From positions 1 to 46,441 of IMG/VR virus record IMGVR_UViG_3300011334_000309: DNA of 46,441 bases. One strand, 5' to 3'. The first letter of the stretch is position 1. Each line of letters opens with the position of its first letter. Position numbers and translations under genes: made by a program. The notes under the pieces are model-generated. The model was not told the DNA's origin. It did no database searches and worked only from the letters and a program-made list of their open reading frames with translations. This document shows, piece after piece, positions 20,901-29,323 of the stretch. The stretch is from a virus. Taxonomy: Duplodnaviria; Caudoviricetes.

Positions 20901-22475
20901 AATTCTTATTATAATTTAACTGATTCCGATGGTGGATTGATTTATAATATTGATGTATTTGGTGGAGACACTTACGTGCAAAAAAACTATTTAAGATTAC
21001 TATATTCATCCGCTGCTCCAGGCACTGTTAACATAGAAACCGCTACTAAGTACGAAAGTTTTATTTCTTTCTATACTCAGAATAGGTACAATACACAGAT
21101 GCGTAGGACTTCTGAGGCAGGTTGCGTATTATTCCCTGCTGATGCAGAAAGTATATCACAATACTTGGATGATGACAATGAAGAGTTTTATTTAATTGAT
21201 GAAGGTTACAGCCAACAAACAAATAAACTAACACGCAGTAAGCCTTACAATGATAAGTTAAAGATACAAACTAAGTTCCCGACAAGAATATACTACACAG
21301 CACAACGACCAACAGGTAGTAGCTATGATAGTTTCAGGGATATTGCACCACTAGACTTTAAAGATTTAGACGGCAAGAACGGGCAGATAAGTGCATTGTA
21401 CGATATTAACGATACAATGATAGCTATTCAGAAGTTTGCGGTATCTGTGTTGCCATATCAAACTGACGTATTGTTAAAGTCAGATGCGGGTGCAGAGATA
21501 TACATTGGGAATGGTGGAGTGTACGCACAAAGAGAAAGTATTGTTGGTACTTATGGAACAAACATACAGACTAATTCATTCCGAGGATTTAACAAGAACG
21601 GTAATGCAAGTTTGTATTGGTTCAGCGAGGTAACCAAGAAAGTATTTAGGTATGGTAGAGATGGCATACAGTGCTTGTCAGACAATGCCTTTATGCGTAA
21701 CTTCTTTTTAACACGCACAAAGTTCTTAGCAAATGAGTTTGATTTAATAATGGGCTTTGATACTAAGAGGGATAACTTATGGATATCAGCTAATGCTTAT
21801 AACAATTTAGTACCAGAGTGGAGTTTTGAAAGTGATTATACCGAAGGTATGGTAGTATCATTAGTGGGTGTTAGTTTTTATGGATACCCTTTATTCTTCA
21901 GAGCTACACAAAGCATGTCTGCTAATAAATATCCATTAACAAATCCTGATTATTGGGAACAAATACCATTATCAGACGGTGATTACTATTCAATATTTAG
22001 TATACTATTTAATGAGAAGCTAAATACATTTACGACACTAAGCGGTGCTTTGCCAAACAGATACTTCCAATACAACAATGAATTGCTAGTACCTAATGTA
22101 AAGAGTGCATGGGGTAAAGTATACGAGCTAAACAATGGTACAGACACTTACTTTGATGGACTAGGTATTGACTTCTACGTACAACCTGTTGTAAACAAAG
22201 TACAAAATACAACCAAGAGATTCCTAAGCATAGGATTGAACACTGGGGAAGACCAAACAACTTTCCCAACTGTAGATTTTGCTACCAAAACTCAGGAGAG
22301 TACATCAGTAGACTTCGAGCAAAAGAATGGTAACATATTCACAGCTGTTGAGCCTGCTCTTAATGGAGACCAAATAACGGGTGAATACATGACCTTTAAA
22401 ATAGTCTCAGCTAACGACATTACTATACTAGATGCAGTAGCTAAGATGTATTACAGACCACGTATGCCTAGGTAA
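17907..22475 (+). CDS. Tail stabilisation/muzzle protein (P22 gp10-like)
   Basis: 1522 aa; F.GLDSD N-terminus, VYWVDN.N.P, FGGDTY, FPTRIYY and FNEKLN.F motifs of crAss-like tail stabilisers. Confidence 0.8.
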   Translation: MQDNQNFVFRGLDSDNDLRSVKSERYIDGNDIEHFVDDTNTLGGIRRMKGTKLGYTIPNITPQYSWYRFPFITTATTDYQVTVSGLVYYQFAILNVPVTPLGLYTFGIDLKAAFESVPTISSVTPFTSAPYEAGAFANGAFRLDINNYASYNITVETRPSGTLDWVLQPTILLQEPIGYTAEMQPLSSALVGDKQFVLSKAIDQFYCEIGCAVRDINGAWTYTKLLGSSKLNLPTDEVIDMRAEVLGNDTIGVYWVDNTNKPKVFYCNNDLTLSVFRYYWGSVGSNDGVYLNKLGTYNLNNVDVQTNLQIFNNKALVVVDRQIATGGSLKSGGKRYYVRFGVNGIENTTPFNDIGEYTIVYKADNQAPRNAVKIKGDITPETTTKQIVLKVTNCMADVFNFLELVCVEYEGGGTSATLVDRYDIIAETTEIIHSGNELGSTPFDPAAIVNVKPVILTGKTNEIKKNRYNIANVQIDGDVDAYSEIASKITIKSGRKVISRVGELFSGNSNLQAFQVSNYKVTPKTGGSDPLTASSTFFTAVPYTINSNPYSAFNTTTGVYAADVSTAGVNNIKLNFTISGNASRNIFGVGNSLDFASVSVYHLNPDNTLKAVLWSGRFLPTTTINGSTTERIAAGENLELLVTLAAGEKVRADWFVQGETQWDIQSSGFSSVVGVVDSFNFGKQLAENEYQKAENVANNMGYMLYEEYPYYIKFHKKSGYTTAPYYIGTHTIKPSDFNTYVVGYGIDVELTDGVGNPYVYHPIFTDIDVTSIRNELVGFSFWRGDITNPKVIACGINLMANQIAAEGYYAGFYASNPTGALYGSAFPTSFNPVRRYSGFIAPDNIVRDGELVRFQTGDKMYMAGQPTIFPASANNNVASSIGLRLGSFVEFTGYCPRATQAANNSPAILEDAVFTPFRETSDRYIYNTLSGLSNPTKLVLNKVDTFRPSMDTAALGVSFFDPQATVAARVGQDYGVYLGYYYRASNTLDVENINVVDTNSYYNLTDSDGGLIYNIDVFGGDTYVQKNYLRLLYSSAAPGTVNIETATKYESFISFYTQNRYNTQMRRTSEAGCVLFPADAESISQYLDDDNEEFYLIDEGYSQQTNKLTRSKPYNDKLKIQTKFPTRIYYTAQRPTGSSYDSFRDIAPLDFKDLDGKNGQISALYDINDTMIAIQKFAVSVLPYQTDVLLKSDAGAEIYIGNGGVYAQRESIVGTYGTNIQTNSFRGFNKNGNASLYWFSEVTKKVFRYGRDGIQCLSDNAFMRNFFLTRTKFLANEFDLIMGFDTKRDNLWISANAYNNLVPEWSFESDYTEGMVVSLVGVSFYGYPLFFRATQSMSANKYPLTNPDYWEQIPLSDGDYYSIFSILFNEKLNTFTTLSGALPNRYFQYNNELLVPNVKSAWGKVYELNNGTDTYFDGLGIDFYVQPVVNKVQNTTKRFLSIGLNTGEDQTTFPTVDFATKTQESTSVDFEQKNGNIFTAVEPALNGDQITGEYMTFKIVSANDITILDAVAKMYYRPRMPR

Positions 22476-22506
22476 AATTTATTAATTAGAATTAATCTAA
22501 ATAACT

Positions 22507-22514
22507 TATATTTG
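22507..22514 (+). promoter_or_regulatory. -7 element TATATTTG
   Basis: Upstream of 22531. Confidence 0.65.
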
Positions 22515-22530
22515 TAGAAATAAAGATATT

Positions 22531-22851
22531 ATGCAAAGTTACAATCTCGAACAGCAAATAAGACTACTAGTCAAGACCCTACAAATGGGGTTAGGATATG
22601 AGCAAGTTCCTTTAATCGTAGCGGATACAGCAACGTACACAGCTCCTTCAGGTAGTTTCTTCTATGCTGTTAAGGCAATGAATGGCGATGCAGTAATAAA
22701 CACAGCTACTGATATAAATGGCAACACAGTTTTAGCAACGTACATTATCAAAGATGGTGACGAATTAAAGTTTCCTTTAGCTACAATAAAACTTACAAGC
22801 GGTAAGATTATTGTTTACAAGGGTGTTACTATTGATGCCTTCATGAAATAG
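22531..22851 (+). CDS. Stand-alone paralogue of the N-terminal domain of 14929..16329
   Basis: NLE.QIR.L.K..Q..LGYEQVP, VKAMNGDAVI.TAT.I.GN and IKDGDE are shared; ends in TAG. Confidence 0.8.
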   Translation: MQSYNLEQQIRLLVKTLQMGLGYEQVPLIVADTATYTAPSGSFFYAVKAMNGDAVINTATDINGNTVLATYIIKDGDELKFPLATIKLTSGKIIVYKGVTIDAFMK

Positions 22852-22854
22852 CAT

Positions 22855-24210
22855 ATGAAGATAGGATTAGGGATAGGGTTAATAAATAAATCTACATCAG
22901 GTGGCTCAATACCTCCTGCTGTTGTAGTAGCTCCTGTAATTAGCGGCAGCACAACTTTAGGCAGCACGCTAACATCAACTACAGGAACTTGGACAGGTAT
23001 ACCTATTCCTACTTTCACATATCAATGGCGAAGGGGTGCAAGCCCTATAGGGGGAGCAACAAGTAGCACATATGTTACAGTTGTAGCGGATAGCTTGGCA
23101 AACATAACTTGCGTAGTTACGGCTACGAATAGTGCAGGTACGGCTAATTCAACAAGCAATACCTTGACTATGGGCAATTACACGCCTGTGAATACGGTAG
23201 CACCTGTAGTAAGTGGAACGCAAGCAGTAGGACAAACATTAACAACTACAAACGGTACATGGACTAATAGTCCATCATTCAGTTACCAATGGTATAGGGG
23301 AGTAACTCCTATTGGAACAAACTCAAGCACATACACACTAGTTCAAGCGGATGCTGGCAATACTACTACTATAAAATGTACAGTAACAGGAACTAATGGA
23401 GCAGGTACAGCAAGTGTAGATAGCAATACGCTAACACAAATAGTTACAGCTAGAACTAATTCATTCTTGGTAGCATCAGCAATAAGTGATACTATAATAA
23501 AATCAGCATTAAATACATTTGACATTGGGTTAATATCTAATTCGTTAGATACCAAAATGAAGGCATTGTATCCATTCGTTGGGGGCACAGCAAGCACTCA
23601 TAAGTTTAACTTTATGAATGCTGCTGACACTAATGCTGCATTTAGATTAGCATTTGCAGGAACATGGACGCACTCTATTACAGGGGCAAAACCAAATGGA
23701 ACAAATGCTTACGCTGATACATTTATTATACCAAGTACGAATACAACTTTAAATAGTTTATCATTAGGTTATTATTCAAGAAATACAGATACTTCTACAT
23801 CTGGACAATTTATAGCGTCTTATCAAGGCGCATCACAATCTATGCAGTTTGTAGCAAATGCAGGAGGGCCAAATACAATAGTTTATGATTGTTATGATAC
23901 ATCAGGTGGTAGAATTATAAAAAATATAACTAATTATAAAGCATTTTTACAAGTTTCAAGAACTGGAAGTACTTCATCAACCATATATAGAAATGCTGTA
24001 AGTGCAGGTAGTATATCAACAAGTGGTGGCACACCAACAAGTATCAGTTTATATTTAGCTGCAGTTAATGCGTTTTCATCTGCTAGTGGATTTAATTCAT
24101 ATGAATGTGCATTCGCTTATATTTCTGATGGATTAAACGCAACTGAGATAACTAATCTATACAACTTAACACAAACATTCCAAACAACTTTAGGTCGCCA
24201 AAATCCTTAA
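22855..24210 (+). CDS. Fibre/adhesin with two Ig-like repeats and a lectin-like domain
   Basis: Two AP.ISG..GTW..YQW repeats; KMKALYPFVGGTA..HKFN motif. Confidence 0.75.
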   Translation: MKIGLGIGLINKSTSGGSIPPAVVVAPVISGSTTLGSTLTSTTGTWTGIPIPTFTYQWRRGASPIGGATSSTYVTVVADSLANITCVVTATNSAGTANSTSNTLTMGNYTPVNTVAPVVSGTQAVGQTLTTTNGTWTNSPSFSYQWYRGVTPIGTNSSTYTLVQADAGNTTTIKCTVTGTNGAGTASVDSNTLTQIVTARTNSFLVASAISDTIIKSALNTFDIGLISNSLDTKMKALYPFVGGTASTHKFNFMNAADTNAAFRLAFAGTWTHSITGAKPNGTNAYADTFIIPSTNTTLNSLSLGYYSRNTDTSTSGQFIASYQGASQSMQFVANAGGPNTIVYDCYDTSGGRIIKNITNYKAFLQVSRTGSTSSTIYRNAVSAGSISTSGGTPTSISLYLAAVNAFSSASGFNSYECAFAYISDGLNATEITNLYNLTQTFQTTLGRQNP

Positions 24211-24214
24211 AATT

Positions 24215-24424
24215 ATGATAGGTTATAAATTAACAATAAAGCAACGAGATTCATTGGTAGGGCAACAGTTTGCACCTGACGAATACTTTAATCCCGTACC
24301 CGATATTGATGGGGTATTTTTTATTTTCTCAGGCGAAGTAGAAGGCTGCGTAAACGAAAAGTTTATGTGGGTAAAAGATTTACCTGAAGCAGAGTATGTA
24401 CCACCAGCAGTAGAACCAATTTAA
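24215..24424 (+). CDS. Small protein paired with the fibre gene
   Basis: YFNP..D.DG..FI and WVKDLP..EY.P motifs. Confidence 0.6.
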   Translation: MIGYKLTIKQRDSLVGQQFAPDEYFNPVPDIDGVFFIFSGEVEGCVNEKFMWVKDLPEAEYVPPAVEPI

Positions 24425-24438
24425 CACGAGTATAGAGT

Positions 24439-24903
24439 ATGGCCTTTAAAGAATTAATACTAAGCATAACCCATATACGAAGCGTATCAGATTTTATTAT
24501 TGGCTTTTGTGCCGCATTCTTAGCTGCGACATTTGGATATTTTAAGATATTAGTAATTGATAACTCAAGTGCATTCGAAGCCATCACATGGGTGATTGTT
24601 ATTGATTTCGTGGTAGGAGTTACACTTGCTGTAAAGAATAATAAGTTCGAGACGCAGAAGGCGTTAAAGATAGTTTACTACTTCACTACGTACTTTGTTT
24701 TATTAGCCATGGTGCTTAAGGTAGAACAAGGATTCCCTAGTGCATTTTGGTTAAGCGAGGCTGTTATGATGCCTGTACTTGTATTCCAAGTGGTATCAAT
24801 ACTAAAGAACTTACAACTGTTAGGGGTGATAAACAATGCATTGCTTGTAGAGATTCTATCTAAGATAGACAAGCATAAGAACAAACCATCTGATGATAAT
24901 TAA
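24439..24903 (+). CDS. Holin (phage holin 4-like)
   Basis: Several TM segments; IDFVVGV..A and SILKNL..LG motifs. Confidence 0.75.
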   Translation: MAFKELILSITHIRSVSDFIIGFCAAFLAATFGYFKILVIDNSSAFEAITWVIVIDFVVGVTLAVKNNKFETQKALKIVYYFTTYFVLLAMVLKVEQGFPSAFWLSEAVMMPVLVFQVVSILKNLQLLGVINNALLVEILSKIDKHKNKPSDDN

Positions 24904-25288
24904 AATTAAACGTACACCTAAGACGGCATACACGCATGGCTCACTTACAATAGAGGGCCATGACTTCAAGTGCTTTACATTGGAAGATGCAGAGCGTGAG
25001 GTTAAAATAAAAGGGGAGACGGCAATTGCCAGAGGTAAGTATGAGATTATCCTTAACATGAGTAATAGGTTTAAGACCTACATGCCATTGCTGTTGAACG
25101 TACCTAACTTTGAAGGTGTACGCATTCATTCAGGCAATACTAAGGAACAGACCGAGGGGTGTGTTTTGGTGGGATTTGAAAGTGGGAATGATGGCTTCTT
25201 GGGAAATAGCCGAGATGCATTTCGCCAATTGATGGCAGTCCTTAAAAAAGTAGAGAAGAAAGAAAAGATATTTTTAATTATAGAATAA
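24893..25288 (+). CDS. DUF5675-like protein, probable endolysin
   Basis: T.G.L, C.TLE, ETAI..G.Y, VP.FEG.RIH.GN....EGC.LVG motifs; lies after the holin. Confidence 0.75.
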   Translation: MIIKIKRTPKTAYTHGSLTIEGHDFKCFTLEDAEREVKIKGETAIARGKYEIILNMSNRFKTYMPLLLNVPNFEGVRIHSGNTKEQTEGCVLVGFESGNDGFLGNSRDAFRQLMAVLKKVEKKEKIFLIIE

Positions 25289-25845
25289 TGACAACAACAC
25301 GCTACAAGGACATATTCGTGATGATGCTTACCGCATTCATTGCATTGCTAGTAATAGACAGATGTAACCATGACAAGATACATTATGCCGAGGTTACCAC
25401 ACTTGACAATAAACTTGCAATAGTAGAGGTTGAAAGGTTATTAATACTAGACAGCGTAGATGTGTTGAATGAAACTATTCAGGCTGAACGCATGGCTTTA
25501 ACCAATAGGATTAATAAGTATGCGAAGATGTCACCCAAAGAGCGCATAAAACTTATTACACGCATAGATAGCTTTGCACTACCAACAGATACTGGTGCTA
25601 TACTTTCGCTGTACGGTGTAGACAGCGTCAATGTGCTTGCTATGGCTTACGAGTCATGTATAATGCAGTCAGCTGTCAAAGATACTATTACAACTCATTT
25701 AAAGCACGTAATTGCAGCAGATAGCCTAATCATAACCTCACAGCAAAAGAGCATGAAGGAGCATAAGAAAGCAGCCAAAACCAATTTGATTAGGGCTGCC
25801 GTGTCAAGTGGATTAATAGGAATCATTATCGGGTTACTACTTTAG
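25288..25845 (+). CDS. Putative spanin
   Basis: N-terminal hydrophobic helix followed by Cys, coiled coils, C-terminal TM; third gene of the lysis module. Confidence 0.5.
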   Translation: MTTTRYKDIFVMMLTAFIALLVIDRCNHDKIHYAEVTTLDNKLAIVEVERLLILDSVDVLNETIQAERMALTNRINKYAKMSPKERIKLITRIDSFALPTDTGAILSLYGVDSVNVLAMAYESCIMQSAVKDTITTHLKHVIAADSLIITSQQKSMKEHKKAAKTNLIRAAVSSGLIGIIIGLLL

Positions 25846-25872
25846 CCGCAATAGGACTGTTATGTGCCATTG

Positions 25873-26049
25873 CTAAACGACATACACCAATTCAACTACA
25901 AACTTACCATTTTCTCGGTCAATAAACCTTTCGGCATCTTCGATTGTGTCAAAGTAATCAGCTAGAAACGTTTCCTTTCTCCAGCCATAGGGTTCACCAC
26001 AATAATATGTTTGAGACTCAAAATCTTTTACTACATATTTCTTTTCCAT
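25873..26049 (-). CDS. Hypothetical protein (58 aa, not in ORF track)
   Basis: MEKKYVVKDFESQTYYCG...VYVV-stop; tight packing with neighbours. Confidence 0.6.
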   Translation of the reverse strand: MEKKYVVKDFESQTYYCGEPYGWRKETFLADYFDTIEDAERFIDRENGKFVVELVYVV

Positions 26050-26055
26050 TTTATT

Positions 26056-26265
26056 TTAAATTAAGTAGCTTCTAAAGTCTTTCTCTACGGTTATTTCAAT
26101 TGGGTAATGCCAACTTTCGATAGCCCCAAATGCCAAGCAGTAAGTTACATTGTTATTAGCACGCAAGCCAATGCCTGTAATCATCCTTGCGTACTGCTCT
26201 ACATCTGTTACAAGGTAAACAAGGTCACCTATTTTATACTCAATATCAAAGTTTTCTATTTTCAT
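26056..26265 (-). CDS. Hypothetical SH3-like protein
   Basis: YKIGDLVYLVTD motif. Confidence 0.6.
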   Translation of the reverse strand: MKIENFDIEYKIGDLVYLVTDVEQYARMITGIGLRANNNVTYCLAFGAIESWHYPIEITVEKDFRSYLI

Positions 26266-26275
26266 AATTTTAAAA

Positions 26276-26518
26276 TTAAGCGTCTGCGTTTCTTTTCACT
26301 ATCATCAAATCTGTTTCTTTCGTTTTAATGCATTCCCTTGCAAGGTTGTTGAACTCGCCAACACTTGTTAAGGTATGGTATCGCATTCGTTTCCATAGCT
26401 CTGATGACTGCCCAAAGAAAGGACTTTTCTCTTGCGTGTTTAAATCTAATATGTAATGGTTACTGCCGAGGTCGCACTGAATCAATGCGAACTCGGTTGT
26501 CTTGCGTTTAACTTTCAT
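26276..26518 (-). CDS. Hypothetical protein
   Basis: ORF; likely start MKVKRK. Confidence 0.55.
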   Translation of the reverse strand: MKVKRKTTEFALIQCDLGSNHYILDLNTQEKSPFFGQSSELWKRMRYHTLTSVGEFNNLARECIKTKETDLMIVKRNADA

Positions 26519-26522
26519 AGTT

Positions 26523-26897
26523 TTAATCTTGTTGGTCATATATTAATGATATTCCCATGTTGCCTTTGCCTTTATCTGCCTCAATTGTAAAGTCAGCATC
26601 ACAATGCGAGCAACTTATATCAATGTTATTAACATCAACATTGTGAATAATCCAATCAGAAGGGTCATCTTCAAATACTTCTACTCGGTTATATTTCTGG
26701 CAATCAGGACAAGTAAACTCAATAGTGGCATAGTGATATGTTTTTTCTTCTTGGATTATTTTAGCTTCTATCCGTTTCTCTGATGCCTTTCGTTCAGCCT
26801 CTCTGATTGCCCGTATCTGTTCCATGTTGCCAAACTCAGGCTTTACTTCTACATTGTTCTTGTAGAACTTGCCATCTCTAATTATCATGTTACTCAT
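26523..26897 (-). CDS. Zn-ribbon protein
   Basis: CPDC and CSHC pairs. Confidence 0.65.
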   Translation of the reverse strand: MSNMIIRDGKFYKNNVEVKPEFGNMEQIRAIREAERKASEKRIEAKIIQEEKTYHYATIEFTCPDCQKYNRVEVFEDDPSDWIIHNVDVNNIDISCSHCDADFTIEADKGKGNMGISLIYDQQD

Positions 26898-27051
26898 GTT
26901 CTGATTGTTTTAATTGTGTAACAATATTTCTACCAATCTCCTCAGGTGTGTATACCTTGTCAGGCATTACAGTCTTTACCTTAAGTTTCAATTCAGATGC
27001 GATGCTTTCTTTAGCACGTTTTATCTGTTCCATGGTTGCGTTTCCGTACAT
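26890..27051 (-). CDS. Hypothetical protein (53 aa, not in ORF track)
   Basis: MYGNATMEQIKRAKE...; overlaps the next start. Confidence 0.5.
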   Translation of the reverse strand: MYGNATMEQIKRAKESIASELKLKVKTVMPDKVYTPEEIGRNIVTQLKQSEHE

Positions 27052-27091
27052 AGTAGTGTTAATTAATGGTGAATATAAAATAGTACAATGT

Positions 27092-27301
27092 TTATATCTT
27101 ACTGAATTGTGCTAGCCTATTGTACTCTTCTAGCAATTCGTTGATAAAGTCAAAGCCTAGATGTAATTGCTTGGCAAAGTTAATAACATCATACTTAGCG
27201 TATAACATTGTCTCCTTGTCAAACTCTTCTTTTACATAACCTTGTAAGGCTGTAACTCTTAGAACATTTAATTCGCTGTTGATAGTCTCAAAGTCTGTCA
27301 T
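27092..27301 (-). CDS. Hypothetical protein
   Basis: ORF with an A-rich leader. Confidence 0.6.
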   Translation of the reverse strand: MTDFETINSELNVLRVTALQGYVKEEFDKETMLYAKYDVINFAKQLHLGFDFINELLEEYNRLAQFSKI

Positions 27302-27392
27302 AATTGTGTTGTTTTATTCGTTTGATAATTTATTGAATACCCATACTGCTATTCTGAGTAAGTGTGCAAGTGCTAGTAGGAAGAACATAATT

Positions 27393-27563
27393 TTATTGTT
27401 GTTGAATTGAATAGAAGTCTTTAATATAACGGTTCTCACGTTTGTCAAGCAGCTCGAATAAGGCAATCATCTGCTCTGCTTTGGTATGGCTTTCAAGGTT
27501 ACCCTCTATTTGCTTGCCTTTAGTATCTACTATTCTGTATAGTGTTATTGAATTGCTATCCAT
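27393..27563 (-). CDS. Hypothetical protein (56 aa, not in ORF track)
   Basis: MDSNSITLYRIVDTKG...QQQ-stop. Confidence 0.55.
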   Translation of the reverse strand: MDSNSITLYRIVDTKGKQIEGNLESHTKAEQMIALFELLDKRENRYIKDFYSIQQQ

Positions 27564-27569
27564 GTGCTG

Positions 27570-27782
27570 TTACTCTTTAATAGTTCTGTATCCGTGCTTA
27601 TCGGTTACCTTGTCAAGTACTTTGATAGTCACATTTTGTTGATACTGTATTTCCTTCTGTAGGTAAATAATGGTATCTATATGCACCTTACATTGCATGT
27701 ACTGAATGATATTGCCCAAGATTAGTGCAAGTACCATAACAGCGGCTAAATGCGTTAGAATTGATTTAATAGTGTCTTTCAT
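27570..27782 (-). CDS. Small membrane protein
   Basis: N-terminal TM helix. Confidence 0.6.
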   Translation of the reverse strand: MKDTIKSILTHLAAVMVLALILGNIIQYMQCKVHIDTIIYLQKEIQYQQNVTIKVLDKVTDKHGYRTIKE

Positions 27783-27803
27783 GTTGTTGTTGTTTAGTTG
27801 TTG

Positions 27804-27938
27804 TTAATTTTCTGTGAATGAATCCTCGCAGCATGGCGAGGCAGGTTCTTTATGCGATGTACCACCGTACTCGCCTCCAGTTTCTACGTAGGTAGGAGTT
27901 TCAAACTCATGCCCACAATTGTTGCATGTAAATGTCAT
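27804..27938 (-). CDS. Small Zn-ribbon protein (44 aa, not in ORF track)
   Basis: MTFTCNNCGHEFE...SPCC. Confidence 0.6.
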   Translation of the reverse strand: MTFTCNNCGHEFETPTYVETGGEYGGTSHKEPASPCCEDSFTEN

Positions 27939-27942
27939 ATGT

Positions 27943-28143
27943 TTAATTTTGAATTACGTATTCGATACTGTATACTGTATCCTTGATGGGATGTTTAACT
28001 GTTAGGAATGTTTCTGTCTTCTCTGTTCTAATTGTGAAACGATTGAATAAGTCATCTAATTGGTTTAGATATTTTACACAATCTGCATACACATCAGATG
28101 CGTACATGCTGTAATTGTCGGGATACTTTACTACGGTGTACAT
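27943..28143 (-). CDS. Hypothetical protein
   Basis: Tightly packed ORF. Confidence 0.6.
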   Translation of the reverse strand: MYTVVKYPDNYSMYASDVYADCVKYLNQLDDLFNRFTIRTEKTETFLTVKHPIKDTVYSIEYVIQN

Positions 28144-28146
28144 ATG

Positions 28147-28320
28147 TTAGTCGTTAGGTTGTAATTTAATTTGGTTGTCTTTACACCACTCTGTGGCTAT
28201 TCTTTCGGCTTCATCATTGCATGTGCCCATTTCGCCAAGCCCCATGTCATCTGCTGAGATTAGTGCTTCGTAGATGCGATGTACTAAGTCATCGTATTGT
28301 AATTCTGTAATTGCTTGCAT
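28147..28320 (-). CDS. Small acidic protein (57 aa, not in ORF track)
   Basis: MQAITELQYDDLVHRIYEAL...; fills the gap exactly. Confidence 0.6.
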   Translation of the reverse strand: MQAITELQYDDLVHRIYEALISADDMGLGEMGTCNDEAERIATEWCKDNQIKLQPND

Positions 28321-28328
28321 AGTATTAA

Positions 28329-28532
28329 TTATTTAATTCGTGTATATCTTTCTGTCCTTGTATCCCATTCGTCACCTACTTCAGAGTTCTCTGCCCAGGA
28401 TAGCAACGTGTCACCGTTATCGTTTGTTTCTACATCATCAGAGTCATCTTGTGGTAAGTCTGCGAACTCGAATACGGCTTTGTAGCCACGACCTGATTTG
28501 TCAATCCAAAAAAATTGTCTTTCGTCTTTCAT
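28329..28532 (-). CDS. Small acidic protein
   Basis: D/E-rich ORF. Confidence 0.6.
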   Translation of the reverse strand: MKDERQFFWIDKSGRGYKAVFEFADLPQDDSDDVETNDNGDTLLSWAENSEVGDEWDTRTERYTRIK

Positions 28533-28536
28533 AATT

Positions 28537-28743
28537 TTATAATTTATTGGTGTTACATTCTTCTATTTTGTGTAGGTAATGGTCATACCATTCATTAAAT
28601 ATATCTTGTGCCTTGTCTGTGTAAACGGTAATACCATCTGTTGGCCCTTCATAAATAGCGTTGTCATCATCGTCAAATCTTGCACATACCATATCGTGTG
28701 CCAACTCTGATGCTAGTTCTAATGCATTGATTGTAATATCCAT
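28537..28743 (-). CDS. Small acidic helical protein
   Basis: D/E rich; YTDKAQDIFNEWYD.Y motif. Confidence 0.65.
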   Translation of the reverse strand: MDITINALELASELAHDMVCARFDDDDNAIYEGPTDGITVYTDKAQDIFNEWYDHYLHKIEECNTNKL

Positions 28744-28751
28744 AATGTTGT

Positions 28752-29042
28752 TTATAATGTGTTGTAAACTGTGGTTGTACCATTAAATGTAATCTCTTTT
28801 ACTTGTGCAAGGTTAATCATACGATAGCCTTCGGCATCGGTTGACCATACAACTTTAAGCCCTTTCTCTTTGGGGTCGAAATCGAGCCCTTTGCCATTTA
28901 CTCCCTTGCTTACACCAGTGCGGCAGGTCATTCTGCGCAGTGTGCCATCTTTTTTAATAAATTTAACCGTAAAAAATTTACCGTTTGTGCGGTCAATATC
29001 TTGTGATAGTGAACGAATGAATACTTCTTGAGTTGTTTCCAT
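28752..29042 (-). CDS. WYL/SH3-fold phage protein
   Basis: FFTVKFIKKDGT.R.M and GYRMINL motifs. Confidence 0.7.
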   Translation of the reverse strand: METTQEVFIRSLSQDIDRTNGKFFTVKFIKKDGTLRRMTCRTGVSKGVNGKGLDFDPKEKGLKVVWSTDAEGYRMINLAQVKEITFNGTTTVYNTL

Positions 29043-29048
29043 GTTGTA

Positions 29049-29258
29049 TTAATTAGTTGATGAATAGATATTAATAAATCTTATTAGTATGCTTTCCGTG
29101 TTAATCATTGAATCATTTAGTTGGTTAGCAAATGTAGATAGAGACCATACAAGACCACTCTCTTCAGCAATATCTTGCCATTGGTCATTGCTAATCTCAT
29201 TGATGTTTTCTAATTCGGTATTATCAATGTTAATACCATACACTCTAATATTGTCCAT
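29049..29258 (-). CDS. Small acidic protein
   Basis: W.DIAEESG.VWSL..F...LN motif. Confidence 0.6.
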   Translation of the reverse strand: MDNIRVYGINIDNTELENINEISNDQWQDIAEESGLVWSLSTFANQLNDSMINTESILIRFINIYSSTN

Positions 29259-29323
29259 GTTGTTAATTATTAAGTTGTTTATTTAAATGCACCCCAACAA
29301 AGTGTTAGGGTACATGGTTTATA

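Noticed and set aside
11485-24210. Diversity-generating retroelement or invertible fibre system
   Set aside because: No reverse transcriptase, recombinase or near-identical template repeat is visible in the window.
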